Assembly: GCA_963730605.1 (NCBI GenBank)
Contig: CAVSSM010000002.1
Location: 394,416 to 458,415, forward strand
Length of the DNA stretch: 64,000 nt
Origin: an uncultured Chlamydiae bacterium
GTDB taxonomy: Bacteria > Chlamydiota > Chlamydiia > Chlamydiales > SM23-39
Direction of reading: 5' to 3'
The position numbers and the translations under genes are program-made. The notes under the pieces are model-generated. The model saw only the letters and a list, made by a program, of their open reading frames with translations. It ran no database searches and was not told the DNA's origin. Below are positions 19,160-29,582 of the stretch, one piece after another; the stretch's first letter is position 1; every line of letters begins with the position of its first letter.

Positions 19160-19545
19160 TTAGAGCTGCCGGTAGTGATTGAGTGATGCATATCATAGAG
19201 GCGTTGGAGCGCAGTAGGATATGGCCAGTAAGGGCCATACTCAAATTCCTGATAGAAATCGAGAATTCGGACCGGTTCGCCGGAAATCGTCCAATGGGAA
19301 TAATAAAAACGGGAACAACCGATCGCTTTAGCGGCGGGGATTCCCTTTTCTTTCATCGGATGAGAATAAGACTTGAACTGTTCAGCAAAAGCCTTTCGGT
19401 CGACGATGATGGAAAATTCCTCAATGGATAGCCTTTCAGGAATCAACGTGCGGATCTGCTGCATCGCTTGAAGGCCTATGTTGAGATCGCTCCGAATGCT
19501 TCCGAAGAAAAGGGCGGGAGTGGCAAAAATCCAAAAAAAGCGCAT
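19156..19545 (-). CDS. Hypothetical protein coupled to the TpsB gene
   Basis: Stop overlaps the TpsB ATG (ATGA); hydrophobic N-terminus. Confidence 0.6.
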   Translation of the reverse strand: MRFFWIFATPALFFGSIRSDLNIGLQAMQQIRTLIPERLSIEEFSIIVDRKAFAEQFKSYSHPMKEKGIPAAKAIGCSRFYYSHWTISGEPVRILDFYQEFEYGPYWPYPTALQRLYDMHHSITTGSSK

Positions 19546-19624
19546 CGAGTTCACCTGAAAGAAGAGATATTGATACACAAAAAAGTTTAATCGAACAAGT
19601 AGTTATACCGAAAATTTGAAAAAT

Positions 19625-22108
19625 TTAAAAACTTTTGCCGATCTCGAGAACGCCCTGATGCGATTGATACTGCAAGCCAAACTCGCCTTGGTATCTTGCA
19701 TCGATGTAAGGCGCTTTGGAATTAGATGAGATATAGAGCATCGAAAATTCGAAAACGCCCAGGTTTTGAGCTCCCGTGAGCGTGCTTACACTGAACGACC
19801 CTGGAGACCCAACTAGAAAAGCTGTGATCTGCCCTGTATGAAATGTCTTTTGATACATGTAAGAGCCCTTCTCGCGAAAGACGAGGGAGCCCCATGAAAA
19901 TGCAGCGATTTCATGAAACCGCAGCCCTGTTTCACCTCGAAGAAAAGAACAAAACCGGCCCTCTTGGCCCATATTGAAACTGGTGGCGCCTTTTTCTTCA
20001 AACCCATTTTCCCAATTTGCCACCCAATCAAGAGACAGGAAGGGTTCGACCCCAAACCATTTGACGCTGCAAAAAGACGAGCGAAAGCCGTCATATCCAA
20101 ATTCAAAGTGGGGTGCTAACTGCCATCCATGAATATGCGATCTTGCAACGCCGCTGACTCCGAAAAAAGCAATCTGGCGTTCATTGCTGGTGAAGTAATA
20201 TCCGCCCCAAAGCCCCAAATCGAAATAGAAGTGATCTGCATTGACGGTGCCGTAAAAAGTGAGAAAACCCTGGTTGATTTTTGCATGCCCCATCCCTTGC
20301 TCGTCATGGACATATGTGAAGACATAAGCGCTTCCAGCCCCAATGGCATTATTCTCAATCCCATTATAGTCAAAGGCAGCAATCACCCCGCCCACGTTCA
20401 TGTTAAATTCAGGAGTCTGGTTTTGCGCTTTTTCCCTCGCGTACTCGCCAAACGGGCTGACCCAAACGGCGTAGGGAGATGGCCTGCAGCAAATTCTCTC
20501 ATCTGTTGTTTTCATATAAATCTTTTGGCCTGATGGTTGACTGCAAGTCTTCTTGATTTTTGGATTTTTCTGAATTTTTGTGGAGTTACTGGCTACAAGA
20601 TCGCTTTCAAGAACTGCGATCTCAGCTTGCGCTGCAGGCTGATTGTAAAATCGCCTTTGCCGCAGGTGATCGCTCATCGCTTGGCTCGAGGCAAGATATC
20701 CATTTTGCGAAGCATAAGTGCTGAAGGCATTGCGCGCAGGGGATACCGACTCCAGGGCCATCTCTTCTCCCGAAGGCAGCAGGGCAAGAGATCGGATGAC
20801 ATTGATCGGCGCATTGGCATTGAGATAGGTGGCAAGGCTCAGATTATTTCCAGTAAGGCCAGCCGTTGGCATCTGGAGAAGAAGAGCAACGCCGCCAATC
20901 GAAGCCCCGGGGATCTCTAAGAAGCTCCTCAACAGATGGATTGCATGGACATCGCTAGAATTGCCAACCACATAGGCTATTTTACCACTGAGCCCGTCGC
21001 TTTCGAAAGCAGAACTATCAACGCAAGGTGCTGGAGTCGCAGCCGTGATCGCATCCGTCTTCGATTCGACACTGTTGCTATCTCCATTCCCGGCTAGAGC
21101 CGCATTGACATCCGGGGGAGGGATCTGGGTGGATCCCGGCTCTATGGGATAAGGTGCTGGAGTCGCAGCCGTGATCGCAGCCGTCTTCGATTCGACACTG
21201 TTGCTATCTCCATTCCCGGCTAGAGCCGCATTGACATCCGGGGGAGGGATCTGGGTGGATCCCGGCTCTATGGGATAAGGTGCTGGAGTCGCAGCCGTGA
21301 TCGCATCCGTCTTCGATTCGACACTGTTGCTATCTCCATTCCCGGCTAGAGCCGCATTGACATCCGGGGGAGGGATCTGGGCGGATCCCGGCTCTATGGG
21401 ATTCGGGGCTACGGGTGTAAAGAAGCCCTTCTGCAAATCGACAATATACACATCGTCCGACTTTCCCTTCACATAAGCAGTATTAAAGTCGGAAAGGGCG
21501 ATTCCTTCAAGCTGAACGGATCCGTCTCCAAGGGAATTCGGGGTGACGGGGGCATAGGAGCCTGTCAGCAAGTTGACCGAATAGACGTTGCCATCGTTAT
21601 AACCAACTACATAAGCAAGCATTTCATTTGCGATCGCGATGTGGCCAGGTCCCGGATTGCCGGAAATGGTAGTCAGGAGAGAGTTTGCGCCTGTAGTCAA
21701 ATTGACGTTATAGACGCTATTGCTATTGTAGTCGACTACATAGGCTGTCGTATTGTTTGCCAAGGCCAAGCCAATGAGGTGAGATGCGCCAGAAACGGTC
21801 GTCACTAGCGAGTACGTGCCATTTTGCAAATTGATTGCGTAGACGCTATCAGAACTTATCGCATAAGCTAGACTGCTGTTTGCCAAGGCAATATCGTAGA
21901 CCCCTGCTACACCGCTTAAGGTCGCTACTTTAGAGCGCGCTCCCTTATCCAAATTGACCGAGTAAATCGTTGCATTGTCATCTCCCCCGCGCGGCACCTT
22001 GGAAAGGCTTGCAGAGACAAGCATGGGACATACAATCAATGAAGCAAAGCAGGAACGCGGTATCATGAAAATCTCTCTTGGAATTCCCACCATAGACCTA
22101 GTTATCAT
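19625..22108 (-). CDS. Autotransporter with beta-propeller-like repeat passenger
   Basis: Repeated AYVV..nsVY.VNL.tG blades; C-terminal ~290-aa beta-barrel-like region starting at VWVSPFGEY and ending in Phe. Confidence 0.85.
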   Translation of the reverse strand: MITRSMVGIPREIFMIPRSCFASLIVCPMLVSASLSKVPRGGDDNATIYSVNLDKGARSKVATLSGVAGVYDIALANSSLAYAISSDSVYAINLQNGTYSLVTTVSGASHLIGLALANNTTAYVVDYNSNSVYNVNLTTGANSLLTTISGNPGPGHIAIANEMLAYVVGYNDGNVYSVNLLTGSYAPVTPNSLGDGSVQLEGIALSDFNTAYVKGKSDDVYIVDLQKGFFTPVAPNPIEPGSAQIPPPDVNAALAGNGDSNSVESKTDAITAATPAPYPIEPGSTQIPPPDVNAALAGNGDSNSVESKTAAITAATPAPYPIEPGSTQIPPPDVNAALAGNGDSNSVESKTDAITAATPAPCVDSSAFESDGLSGKIAYVVGNSSDVHAIHLLRSFLEIPGASIGGVALLLQMPTAGLTGNNLSLATYLNANAPINVIRSLALLPSGEEMALESVSPARNAFSTYASQNGYLASSQAMSDHLRQRRFYNQPAAQAEIAVLESDLVASNSTKIQKNPKIKKTCSQPSGQKIYMKTTDERICCRPSPYAVWVSPFGEYAREKAQNQTPEFNMNVGGVIAAFDYNGIENNAIGAGSAYVFTYVHDEQGMGHAKINQGFLTFYGTVNADHFYFDLGLWGGYYFTSNERQIAFFGVSGVARSHIHGWQLAPHFEFGYDGFRSSFCSVKWFGVEPFLSLDWVANWENGFEEKGATSFNMGQEGRFCSFLRGETGLRFHEIAAFSWGSLVFREKGSYMYQKTFHTGQITAFLVGSPGSFSVSTLTGAQNLGVFEFSMLYISSNSKAPYIDARYQGEFGLQYQSHQGVLEIGKSF
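21025..21402. repeat. 3 x 126-bp in-frame tandem repeat (42 aa) in the autotransporter
   Basis: Units at 21025, 21151 and 21277, near-identical; peptide PIEPGS(A/T)QIPPPDVNAALAGNGDSNSVESKT(D/A)AITAATPAP. Confidence 0.95.
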
Positions 22109-22417
22109 TTTTTGTCCCCCACGCCGAATTTTCTCTATAGGGAACGACGAGCTTGCCGACCTTGCGGGGGGCCTTCGGCAATCTGCAACTACGGCTATAT
22201 TACGGCATTTTAAAAACCGACCAGCTTCGAAATATCACATAATCTAATCCTCCCCATACGAAATTCCTAGAATTCTCGAACCTTACCCTCTCTAGAAATG
22301 CCATAGAAATAACATAACTCGCTTATATAGACCATGTTACATAAATTCTTTTGATGCTTTTTATACGTTAAAGATTGGATATTGTCCAAATATCGACACA
22401 TAAGACACAATAAAGTT

Positions 22418-23173
22418 ATGAAGAATTCAACGCTAGGCATGAGCCTCTTACGCCATCTCGCTAATCAAGGGCTGAGAATTTTTTCGACAGCACAAGCTCA
22501 AGCGGCTGGTTCGGAAATAGGAATGAATCCTGATTATGTGTCAGAAGCTTTGCATCATCTGAAGAACGGAGGATGGGTTACTCGCTTAAAACGCGGAGTC
22601 TACGCTATCGCTGCATATGGGCCAGCTCCCCATGAATTTGCCATTGCAATGGCTCTTGTTACCCCCTCTGCGATTAGTCATTGGACAGCGATGCATTACC
22701 ACCATGTCACTCAACAAACTCCTAATAAAGTATTCGCCACTACTCCTCGAGGAACCTCTATTCCGAGATCTCTAGCTAATACTATGTTTCGTTTTATCCA
22801 AGTGAAGGAGGAGCATTACTTTGGCATAGAAACGGTATGGGTAGATGACATGAGGGTACAGATAACCAACCTCGAAAAAACCTTGCTTGATGGGCTTATA
22901 TCGCCTGAATACTGCGGCGATTTTAGTGAAGTATTACGTGCATTTAAAATGGGCAAGGACAAGATTCGTATTCAAGTCATTGTTGAATATGCATTAAAAC
23001 TCGATAAAGCAGTTGCAAAGCGTCTTGGCCTAATTTTAGATGGATTAGGGATCGAAAAAAAATACTTAGATCCTTTGCTAAAACTTCCAATGAAAAGTTA
23101 CTGTAAATTTGATCCTAGCGGTTCTGTTAAAGGACCTTATAATACAAAATGGAAAATCCGAGAAAACGCATGA
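22418..23173 (+). CDS. Type IV TA antitoxin, AbiEi family
   Basis: wHTH (RLKRGVY), ISHWTAMHYH and TNLEKTLLD motifs. Confidence 0.88.
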   Translation: MKNSTLGMSLLRHLANQGLRIFSTAQAQAAGSEIGMNPDYVSEALHHLKNGGWVTRLKRGVYAIAAYGPAPHEFAIAMALVTPSAISHWTAMHYHHVTQQTPNKVFATTPRGTSIPRSLANTMFRFIQVKEEHYFGIETVWVDDMRVQITNLEKTLLDGLISPEYCGDFSEVLRAFKMGKDKIRIQVIVEYALKLDKAVAKRLGLILDGLGIEKKYLDPLLKLPMKSYCKFDPSGSVKGPYNTKWKIRENA

Positions 23174-23283
23174 ATATCATACCTTTACGTAATCGCTTAG
23201 ATAGAGAGAGAAAAAAGAGCGGCATAACATTCGAAACAATTCAACAGGACTATCTCCTCTCCTGGCTCTTATCTGGATTATGA
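23170..23283 (+). pseudogene. AbiEii toxin 5' fragment truncated at the IS3 end
   Basis: ATGA-coupled to AbiEi. MNIIPLRNRL...IQQDYLLSWLLSGL matches the AbiEii N-terminal pattern and stops at the IS terminus. Confidence 0.8.
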
Positions 23284-24643
23284 GGTGGTCCCAAGTGTCA
23301 AGACCAAAAATCGCAAAAGCTAAGCTTATAACCTTGGGTTGTTAATACATCCTTCCTGGGTCTCCGAGAGCCTACCAAGAGGTCAGAGCATAATACCCTC
23401 TGACTACCGAAGGAAGGAAACCAGATCCCCCCATGGGGGGATCGCGCGCGGCGGCAATCCAATCTACCTTTCAAAATAGACCTCTGCCGGTGCTCGATAC
23501 TTAAGCCCTTGATGAGGCCGTTTCTCGTTATAAAAGTCGAAATACTTTTTCAGCCCTTGTCGAACTTCTTTCAGGCATTCATATCCTTTCGGATAGATGT
23601 CCTCATATTTCACGCTCCTCCAGAGCCTCTCGACGAATACGTTGTCCAAAGCCCTGCCCTTACCGTCCATACTGATCTTGATCCCATTATTCTCAAGCCT
23701 TCCGGTAAATTGATTGCTCGTGAACTGCACCCCTTGATCCGTGTTGAAAATCTCAGGCTTTTTCTTCAAAAGTCCTCTCTCTAAAGCCTCCATACAAAAA
23801 TCGGTATCGAGCAGATTGGAGAGTTCCCATGCGATCACATATCGGCTGAACCAGTCGATAATCGCAAAAAGATATCCAAATCCTGCGATTAGAGGGACGT
23901 AAGTTATATCTCCGGCCCAGGCCTGATTGGGATGATCAATAACAAGGTCTCTCAGTAGGTAGGGAAATTTTTTATGCTCCCTATTCGCTACGCTTAAATT
24001 CGGCTTCGGGTAAATGGCTTCCAATCCCATCACCTGCATCGCAGTTCTTACTCTTTTTGGGCCTACAAAAAAACCTTGTGCTCTCATCGCTATTGTCATC
24101 CGACGCCTCCCGTAATAGGGATGCTGAAGATATTCTTCATCGATGGCACGCATGAGCAGCAGCGTTTCCTCAGTTGGTTGTCTCGCCTCGTAATACAGCC
24201 CTGAACGATCCACTCCAAGGAGTCTACATTGTTCTCTCTGGGAAAAAACTGGATTTGCCGGTTCAATGAGGGCGCGTCGTTCATTCAGATCAAGGTCCCC
24301 AATTTTTTTTTAAGCCATTCATTTTCCATTTTCAGACGGCCGATCTGTTCAAACAGCTCAGCTTTTTCTCTTGATTCTTCACTTATCTTAGAAGCCTTTC
24401 TGGGTTTTTCAAAAATTTGAACCCCCACCTCTAGAAAATGCTTTTTCCAATCAGAGAGAGCCATAGGGTGTACGCCAAGTTCGCCAGCCAATTGAGTTGC
24501 CGTTTTTTCTCCCTTCAAAATCTCCATTACAGCCTTGAGCTTGAACTCAGGCGAATGCTTCCTTCGTATCCGGGTCATTTTGACCTCCATTTTCATGAAG
24601 GTTATAAGTTTAGACAGTGGTCGGAATTTTTGGGACCATTATA
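23281..24643 (-). mobile_element. IS3-family element (orfA 24285-24578; orfB to 23464, -1 frameshift at an A9 run)
   Basis: OrfA HTH; OrfB WAGDITY, NTDQGVQF and DNVFVERLWRSVKYE. Imperfect IRs around TGGTCCCAA...GACCA; no target duplication. Confidence 0.92.
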
Positions 24644-24744
24644 CTCAGTTTTGGATATTTTTTCTCTTTTCTGCATGACGACTTCCTCTTGAATTTTTGC
24701 CTTCAATTGTCTATCCTGTAGCTTTATTTTCAAAGGGTTCCCTA

Positions 24745-25794
24745 ATGTCTCAAAAGAAAATTTGCCTTGCTAGCGATAACTGGACACCGGCACACCCTCT
24801 TATCATCAAAGCCATCACTGAGGCAAACGAAGGCTACGCCCCTTCTTATGGTTCAGATGCCTGGACTGAAGAAGCAGGGAATCTAATTCAAAGGGCGTTC
24901 AAAAGCAAATGCAAAGTCTTTATTGTCCCTACCGGCACGGGCGCGAATATCTTTGCCCTTAGACTTTGCTCCAAAGCTTATGAGTCGATTATCTGTACGG
25001 ATATTGCTCATATTCAATATCAGGAGTCCGGTGCTGCTGAAGCTTTGGTAGGATGCAAACTTCTAACAGTGTCAAATAAAGAAGGCAAAATTACACCGGC
25101 AGAAATAGTAAAAAAGCTAAAAAGAGAAAGGGCCTTTGGAAAACACTCTACATCTCCCCGCGTTTTATCGATTACTCAACCTACCGAGGTAGGCACGGTT
25201 TATACTCTTGAAGAACTAAGAACACTCGCGAAGCTATGCAAACAAGAGAATCTTCTGCTTCACGTTGATGGAAGCCGCCTGTATAACGCAGCAGTTAGCT
25301 TAAATGCATCGCTACATGAAATTACAGAAGCCGCTCAGGTCGATATCCTATCTCTTGGAGGCACTAAAAATGGGTTGATGGGAGCAGAATCTCTGGTGAT
25401 TTTTAATCAACATTTGCAAGACGGTAGTGATCACTTACAAAAGCAAATGCTGCAATTACTTTCAAAGATGCGCTATTTGTCTGCCCAATATATTCCATTC
25501 TTTAAGAATGATTTATGGTATACACTAGCTACTCAAGCAAATCAAAAAGCGCAAGAGATTGCCTCTATCATCAAGTCTACATCTGGTCTTTCTTTGAGCT
25601 ATCCAGTCGAAACTAATCAGGTTTTCTTCACTGCACCTGCATCATGGATTCCACTTATCCAAGAGAAGATTTTCTGCTACCCTTGGGACGCTGAGAAAAA
25701 TGAAGTTCGTTTTATCTCCTCTTGGAACACTTCAGAACGAGACATCAAAGAGATACATTCCATCCTCTCTGAGGTATCTAAACATCCAAAATAA
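24745..25794 (+). CDS. ltaE: Low-specificity L-threonine aldolase
   Basis: ASDN, TGTGAN, ITQPTEVGTVY, HVDGSRLYNA and GGTKNG motifs. Confidence 0.9.
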   Translation: MSQKKICLASDNWTPAHPLIIKAITEANEGYAPSYGSDAWTEEAGNLIQRAFKSKCKVFIVPTGTGANIFALRLCSKAYESIICTDIAHIQYQESGAAEALVGCKLLTVSNKEGKITPAEIVKKLKRERAFGKHSTSPRVLSITQPTEVGTVYTLEELRTLAKLCKQENLLLHVDGSRLYNAAVSLNASLHEITEAAQVDILSLGGTKNGLMGAESLVIFNQHLQDGSDHLQKQMLQLLSKMRYLSAQYIPFFKNDLWYTLATQANQKAQEIASIIKSTSGLSLSYPVETNQVFFTAPASWIPLIQEKIFCYPWDAEKNEVRFISSWNTSERDIKEIHSILSEVSKHPK

Positions 25795-25802
25795 AGGACC
25801 CT

Positions 25803-26525
25803 ATGACAGCCCTTCTCTATCTCGAAAATGCTTATCTCAAAGAAATGGAAGCAACTATTATTGAAGTTGGAAAAGAGATCGATGGGCAACAGAGGTGGCT
25901 GCTCGTATTGGATAAAACCATTTTTTATCCTAGAGGCGGCGGTCAAGCAACTGATCAAGGATTTCTCTTCACAGATACTTGGAAAGGGAAAATAAGCCAG
26001 GTTTTGCTAAAAGAAGGTAAAGTTCTTCATTACGTTGAAGGCGATCAACCTCCGCCTGTTGGAGCATTAGTTAAAGGAACTCTAGATTGGAATAGACGCT
26101 ATCTCAATATGCGCCTTCACTCAGCGGGGCACATCGTTGATTTTGCGCTGTACCTGTTAGGTTATTCTACATCTCCATTGATGCCTTTTAAAGGCGAACA
26201 TGAGAAAAAACCAGTGATTTATTATCAAGGGACAATAGAAAAAGACTTTCAAGAAGAACTCGAGAAAAAAGCCAATGAACTCGTTGCTCAAGATCTGCCT
26301 TTCTCATTTCGTCTTGTTGATACCCAAGAACTCGAGCGTGAAACCATTTATCTCCAGCCTGGTTTGCCAACAAACAAGCCGTTAAGACTTTTAACTCTGA
26401 AAGGAGTAGGCAGCGTTGCCGATGGTGGCACTCAAGTTAAGAGCACAGCTGAGGTTGGATATATTTCTATTCTGCCCATCGAGAAAAAGGATGGCGTCAC
26501 CTTAGTTCGTTATCGAATCAACTAA
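25803..26525 (+). CDS. AlaX-type alanyl-tRNA editing protein
   Basis: TIFYPRGGGQATDQG, RLHSAGH and DGGTQV motifs. Confidence 0.88.
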   Translation: MTALLYLENAYLKEMEATIIEVGKEIDGQQRWLLVLDKTIFYPRGGGQATDQGFLFTDTWKGKISQVLLKEGKVLHYVEGDQPPPVGALVKGTLDWNRRYLNMRLHSAGHIVDFALYLLGYSTSPLMPFKGEHEKKPVIYYQGTIEKDFQEELEKKANELVAQDLPFSFRLVDTQELERETIYLQPGLPTNKPLRLLTLKGVGSVADGGTQVKSTAEVGYISILPIEKKDGVTLVRYRIN

Positions 26526-26595
26526 TTCAGAGAATGAAGCTCGATGAGCAGAGCCTCTTCTGCAAATGCATGCTTTTCACCTATTTCTTCAGTTT

Positions 26596-26717
26596 TGTAA
26601 GAAAAAGATAGCACTATTTCTTACATGAGCTGCCTACAACTCATTGATTGTAAGGCAGTTAAGAATCAATAAAAAACCGCTTGCATTTGTAAGAAAAACA
26701 TGCCAGTATTTCTTACA
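26596..26717 (+). promoter_or_regulatory. Two 30-bp operators TGTAAGAAA-N12-TTTCTTACA; the second overlaps the promoter and start codon
   Basis: Copies at 26596-26625 and 26688-26717; TTGCAT(26681)-17 nt-CAGTAT. Confidence 0.75.
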
Positions 26718-27339
26718 TGAAGAAGAATCAAAAAAAATCAAATAGCATTGATCATCAAATACTTAATGCAATAACTGCCCTTGGGCATGGCGCTGTATTT
26801 GTTCCAACGGACTTTTTGAGTCTTGGCAGTCGGCAGACTGTCGATATTGTTCTTCATCGACTCGTTCGAAAAGGAACCATTCGCCGCCTCGCAAGAGGAA
26901 TATATGATTTTCCTAAAGAACACCCTAAACTTGGAAAGCTTCAACCGTCTCCAGAAAAAATAGCAGAGGCATTAGTTGGCAGAGATTGCACTCGTATTCA
27001 ACCAACGGGCGCTTATGCAGCAAATATCCTGGGACTATCCGAACAAGTTCCTGCTAAAGTTGTATTTCTGACAGACGGGCCAAGTCGAACGGTAAAAATC
27101 GGTACAACAACCATTCAGCTTCGACGAACAACCCCAAAAATATGGCGATGGCAGGACGACTCAGCGGACTTTTAGTTCAAGCTCTCCGTGAATTAGGTAA
27201 AGAAAATGTCACTCCAGAACGACTTGAGCATTTAAAGCGGACTATTCCACTGGATGCACGACAAGAACTACTCAAGGATATTCGATTTGCGCCGGAATGG
27301 ATGCATTCCATTTTCAAGGAATTAGCCGAGGAGGTTTGA
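26717..27339 (+). CDS. DUF6088/AbiEi-like antitoxin (one A missing in a homopolymer at ~27140)
   Basis: wHTH RRLARGIY, GAYAANILGLSEQVPAK and FLTDGPSR. Adding one A joins the two ORFs as TTPKNMAMAGR. Confidence 0.85.
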
Positions 27340-27340
27340 A

Positions 27341-28408
27341 GTGAAACTTGAATTTTTAAAATTATCTTCTGACGAACGACGCCTGTACATTGAACAAGCT
27401 GCCATTCAGAGAAATATATCCCCTGTAATCATGGAAAAAGATTTCTTCGTGTGCTGGTTACTCAGTATTCTATTCGAGTCGGAGTTCGCTGAAAGCCTTG
27501 TATTCAAAGGGGGCACTTCCCTATCAAAAATATTTGGCGCAATCAATCGGTTTTCTGAAGATATAGATCTTTCGCTGTCGCCTACTTTTCTTGGACTTCC
27601 TGAAACCGCTGCAAATCGCAGTCAAGCTGACAAATGGTGGAAAAAAGCTGAAGAGGCATGTGAAATTGCTGTTCAAACTCAGATTATGCCGATGTTAGAA
27701 GCATCGACATTGGGCGTATTAGGAAAAAATGAGCAGGCAAGATTCGAGTTTTTAAAAGACCCTCAAACCAAGTCACCAGTAATTCTTTTTCACTACCCAT
27801 CATCGCTACCAACAGGGTTTGCCTATATCAAACGTTCTGTAAAACTCGAGTTCGGCTCTCTAACTGATCAGCAACCAACTGGGCGCCATACAATACGACC
27901 TTGGATTGCCGAGGTTTTCCCTGCAGCCTTTCCCGATTGGCAATGTGAAGTCATCGCTCTAGAGATCGAGCGAACTTTCTGGGAAAAGGCTACGATTCTA
28001 CATGCAGAATATCATCGACCGCTCGACAAACCAATGCGAGATAGGTTCTCCCGCCATTACGCTGATACCGCGGCACTAGCCAATCACCCTGAGGCAATCA
28101 AAGCTATTGATCAACATGACCTCCGAGATAGGGTCGTTTCATGGAAAAATCTGTTCTTTCGTGACTCATGGGCAAACTACACTCAAGCCAAACCCGGTAC
28201 TTTTCGCCTTGTTCCTAGAGCTGAAAGACTGCCTGAATTGCGACGTGATTACCAGTTGATGCGCGACATGTATCTTACTGAACCTGTAAATTTTGATGAC
28301 ATACTGAGCACCTTGTCCGAACTAGAACATCGTATCAATCTCACGACACCTCTGCTCTCTTTCAGGGCGAGCGCATCAAAAGTTAGCGGCCAGCAACACC
28401 CTGTGTAG
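27341..28408 (+). CDS. AbiEii/AbiGii nucleotidyltransferase toxin (last ~15 aa derived from ISAs1)
   Basis: EKDFFV, FKGGTSLSK, RFSEDIDL, ERTFWEK and SRHYAD motifs. Confidence 0.93.
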   Translation: MKLEFLKLSSDERRLYIEQAAIQRNISPVIMEKDFFVCWLLSILFESEFAESLVFKGGTSLSKIFGAINRFSEDIDLSLSPTFLGLPETAANRSQADKWWKKAEEACEIAVQTQIMPMLEASTLGVLGKNEQARFEFLKDPQTKSPVILFHYPSSLPTGFAYIKRSVKLEFGSLTDQQPTGRHTIRPWIAEVFPAAFPDWQCEVIALEIERTFWEKATILHAEYHRPLDKPMRDRFSRHYADTAALANHPEAIKAIDQHDLRDRVVSWKNLFFRDSWANYTQAKPGTFRLVPRAERLPELRRDYQLMRDMYLTEPVNFDDILSTLSELEHRINLTTPLLSFRASASKVSGQQHPV

Positions 28409-29573
28409 GTAGTCATTATCAAGCGCCGCCTTAAACCGTTTGGCTCTAAATTTTTGCCGCTAACAAGTTCACAGCCCTCAGATTTTCTGGAGCGTGCCCT
28501 TCTACTATCGGATTGCGATCTTCGGCGAATACCACATCCAATACCCAATGACATCTGCTCTCAATGCTCCAATGCCCTCTAATCACACGAGAGAGGGTTT
28601 CCGCTTCGGGTGGTAAACTGCTGATGTAATACTTGATTTCCTGTTGTCTTTTGCCCTCTGCCCATCTCACCGAGTCTAATTTGATGATAGACCGTAGGCC
28701 CACCCACTCGTTCTTCTGAGGCAACCAGTCCAAATCATCCGTCGCATAAATCTTTCTGAACTCCATTCGTCCATGACCTCTCTCCTCCGTTTGAAAAATG
28801 TTCAACGGTGCATATTCATCTCCGGCCTCTGCTGCCTGGTCGAAATAATTCGCCACTTCATCCTGAAGGGTGGGTTGATTTGCCTTCAGGGCTAATACAT
28901 AATCCGCTCCCATATCGCGTATCTGACTGGCGATATTTTTCTGTGTGCCTGCTGCGTCTATCGTGACGATGCTACCTTCCGGCAACACCAGTTGCTTGAG
29001 CAACTCGGGGATCGCCTTGACCTCATTGGACTTGGAATCATTGCGAAGGTGTCCCAAAACCATATGGTTTTTATCACACCAGGCAGAGACAATATGGAGG
29101 GAGTGTTCTCCTCGTTTTGACGCAGATCGGAGAGTCTTCCCATCTATATTTATCAATTCAGGAACGATGTTCTGTACCGCTTTAATCCATTCCAAGAATG
29201 CCTCTAGAAATGCGGTCGGATCAATGTGGCAAATAACCCGCCGAAAGGTGTCTGGTGATGGGATACCAGCTCGTAACTCGAGGAAGGATTGGAGCCAATC
29301 GATACGGCTTAACCCAAATTCCTCCATATCTTCCCATCCCTCAGCGCCACAAATCTTGGCCAGTAACGCAATCGTCACAATACCAACGAAGTCGTGGTCC
29401 AACCGACAGGTTCGTGGATCGGGAATCATCTCGATGTAAATGCTAATGTTGGTTGCTTGAATCATAGTGCCTCCTGAAAAAGGCGTCTATGATCGTAAAA
29501 TTTTTACTCAACAGTCAATAAAGTAGGGAGGTACGGACTAGAAAAATGCTGTTTTTTTGATGCGCTCGCCCTG
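28363..29573 (-). mobile_element. ISAs1-family element (transposase 28446-29465, C-terminus apparently damaged)
   Basis: IR CAGGGCGAGCGCATCAAAA; 9-bp target duplication GCTCTCTTT (28354-62 and 29574-82); IDGKTLR, TIDA and HWSIE motifs. Confidence 0.95.
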
Positions 29574-29582
29574 GCTCTCTTT

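Noticed and set aside
19604..19626. TATACCGAAAATTTGAAAAATTT resembling a MITE end
   Set aside because: No partner inverted repeat, and AT-rich enough to be chance.
22110..22210. Hairpin TTGCCGA...TCGGCAA upstream of the autotransporter as a riboswitch
   Set aside because: No recognisable aptamer consensus.
27130..27145. Antitoxin frameshift as phase variation or real inactivation
   Set aside because: A single missing A in a homopolymer, in an assembly with evident indel errors, cannot be distinguished from an artefact.
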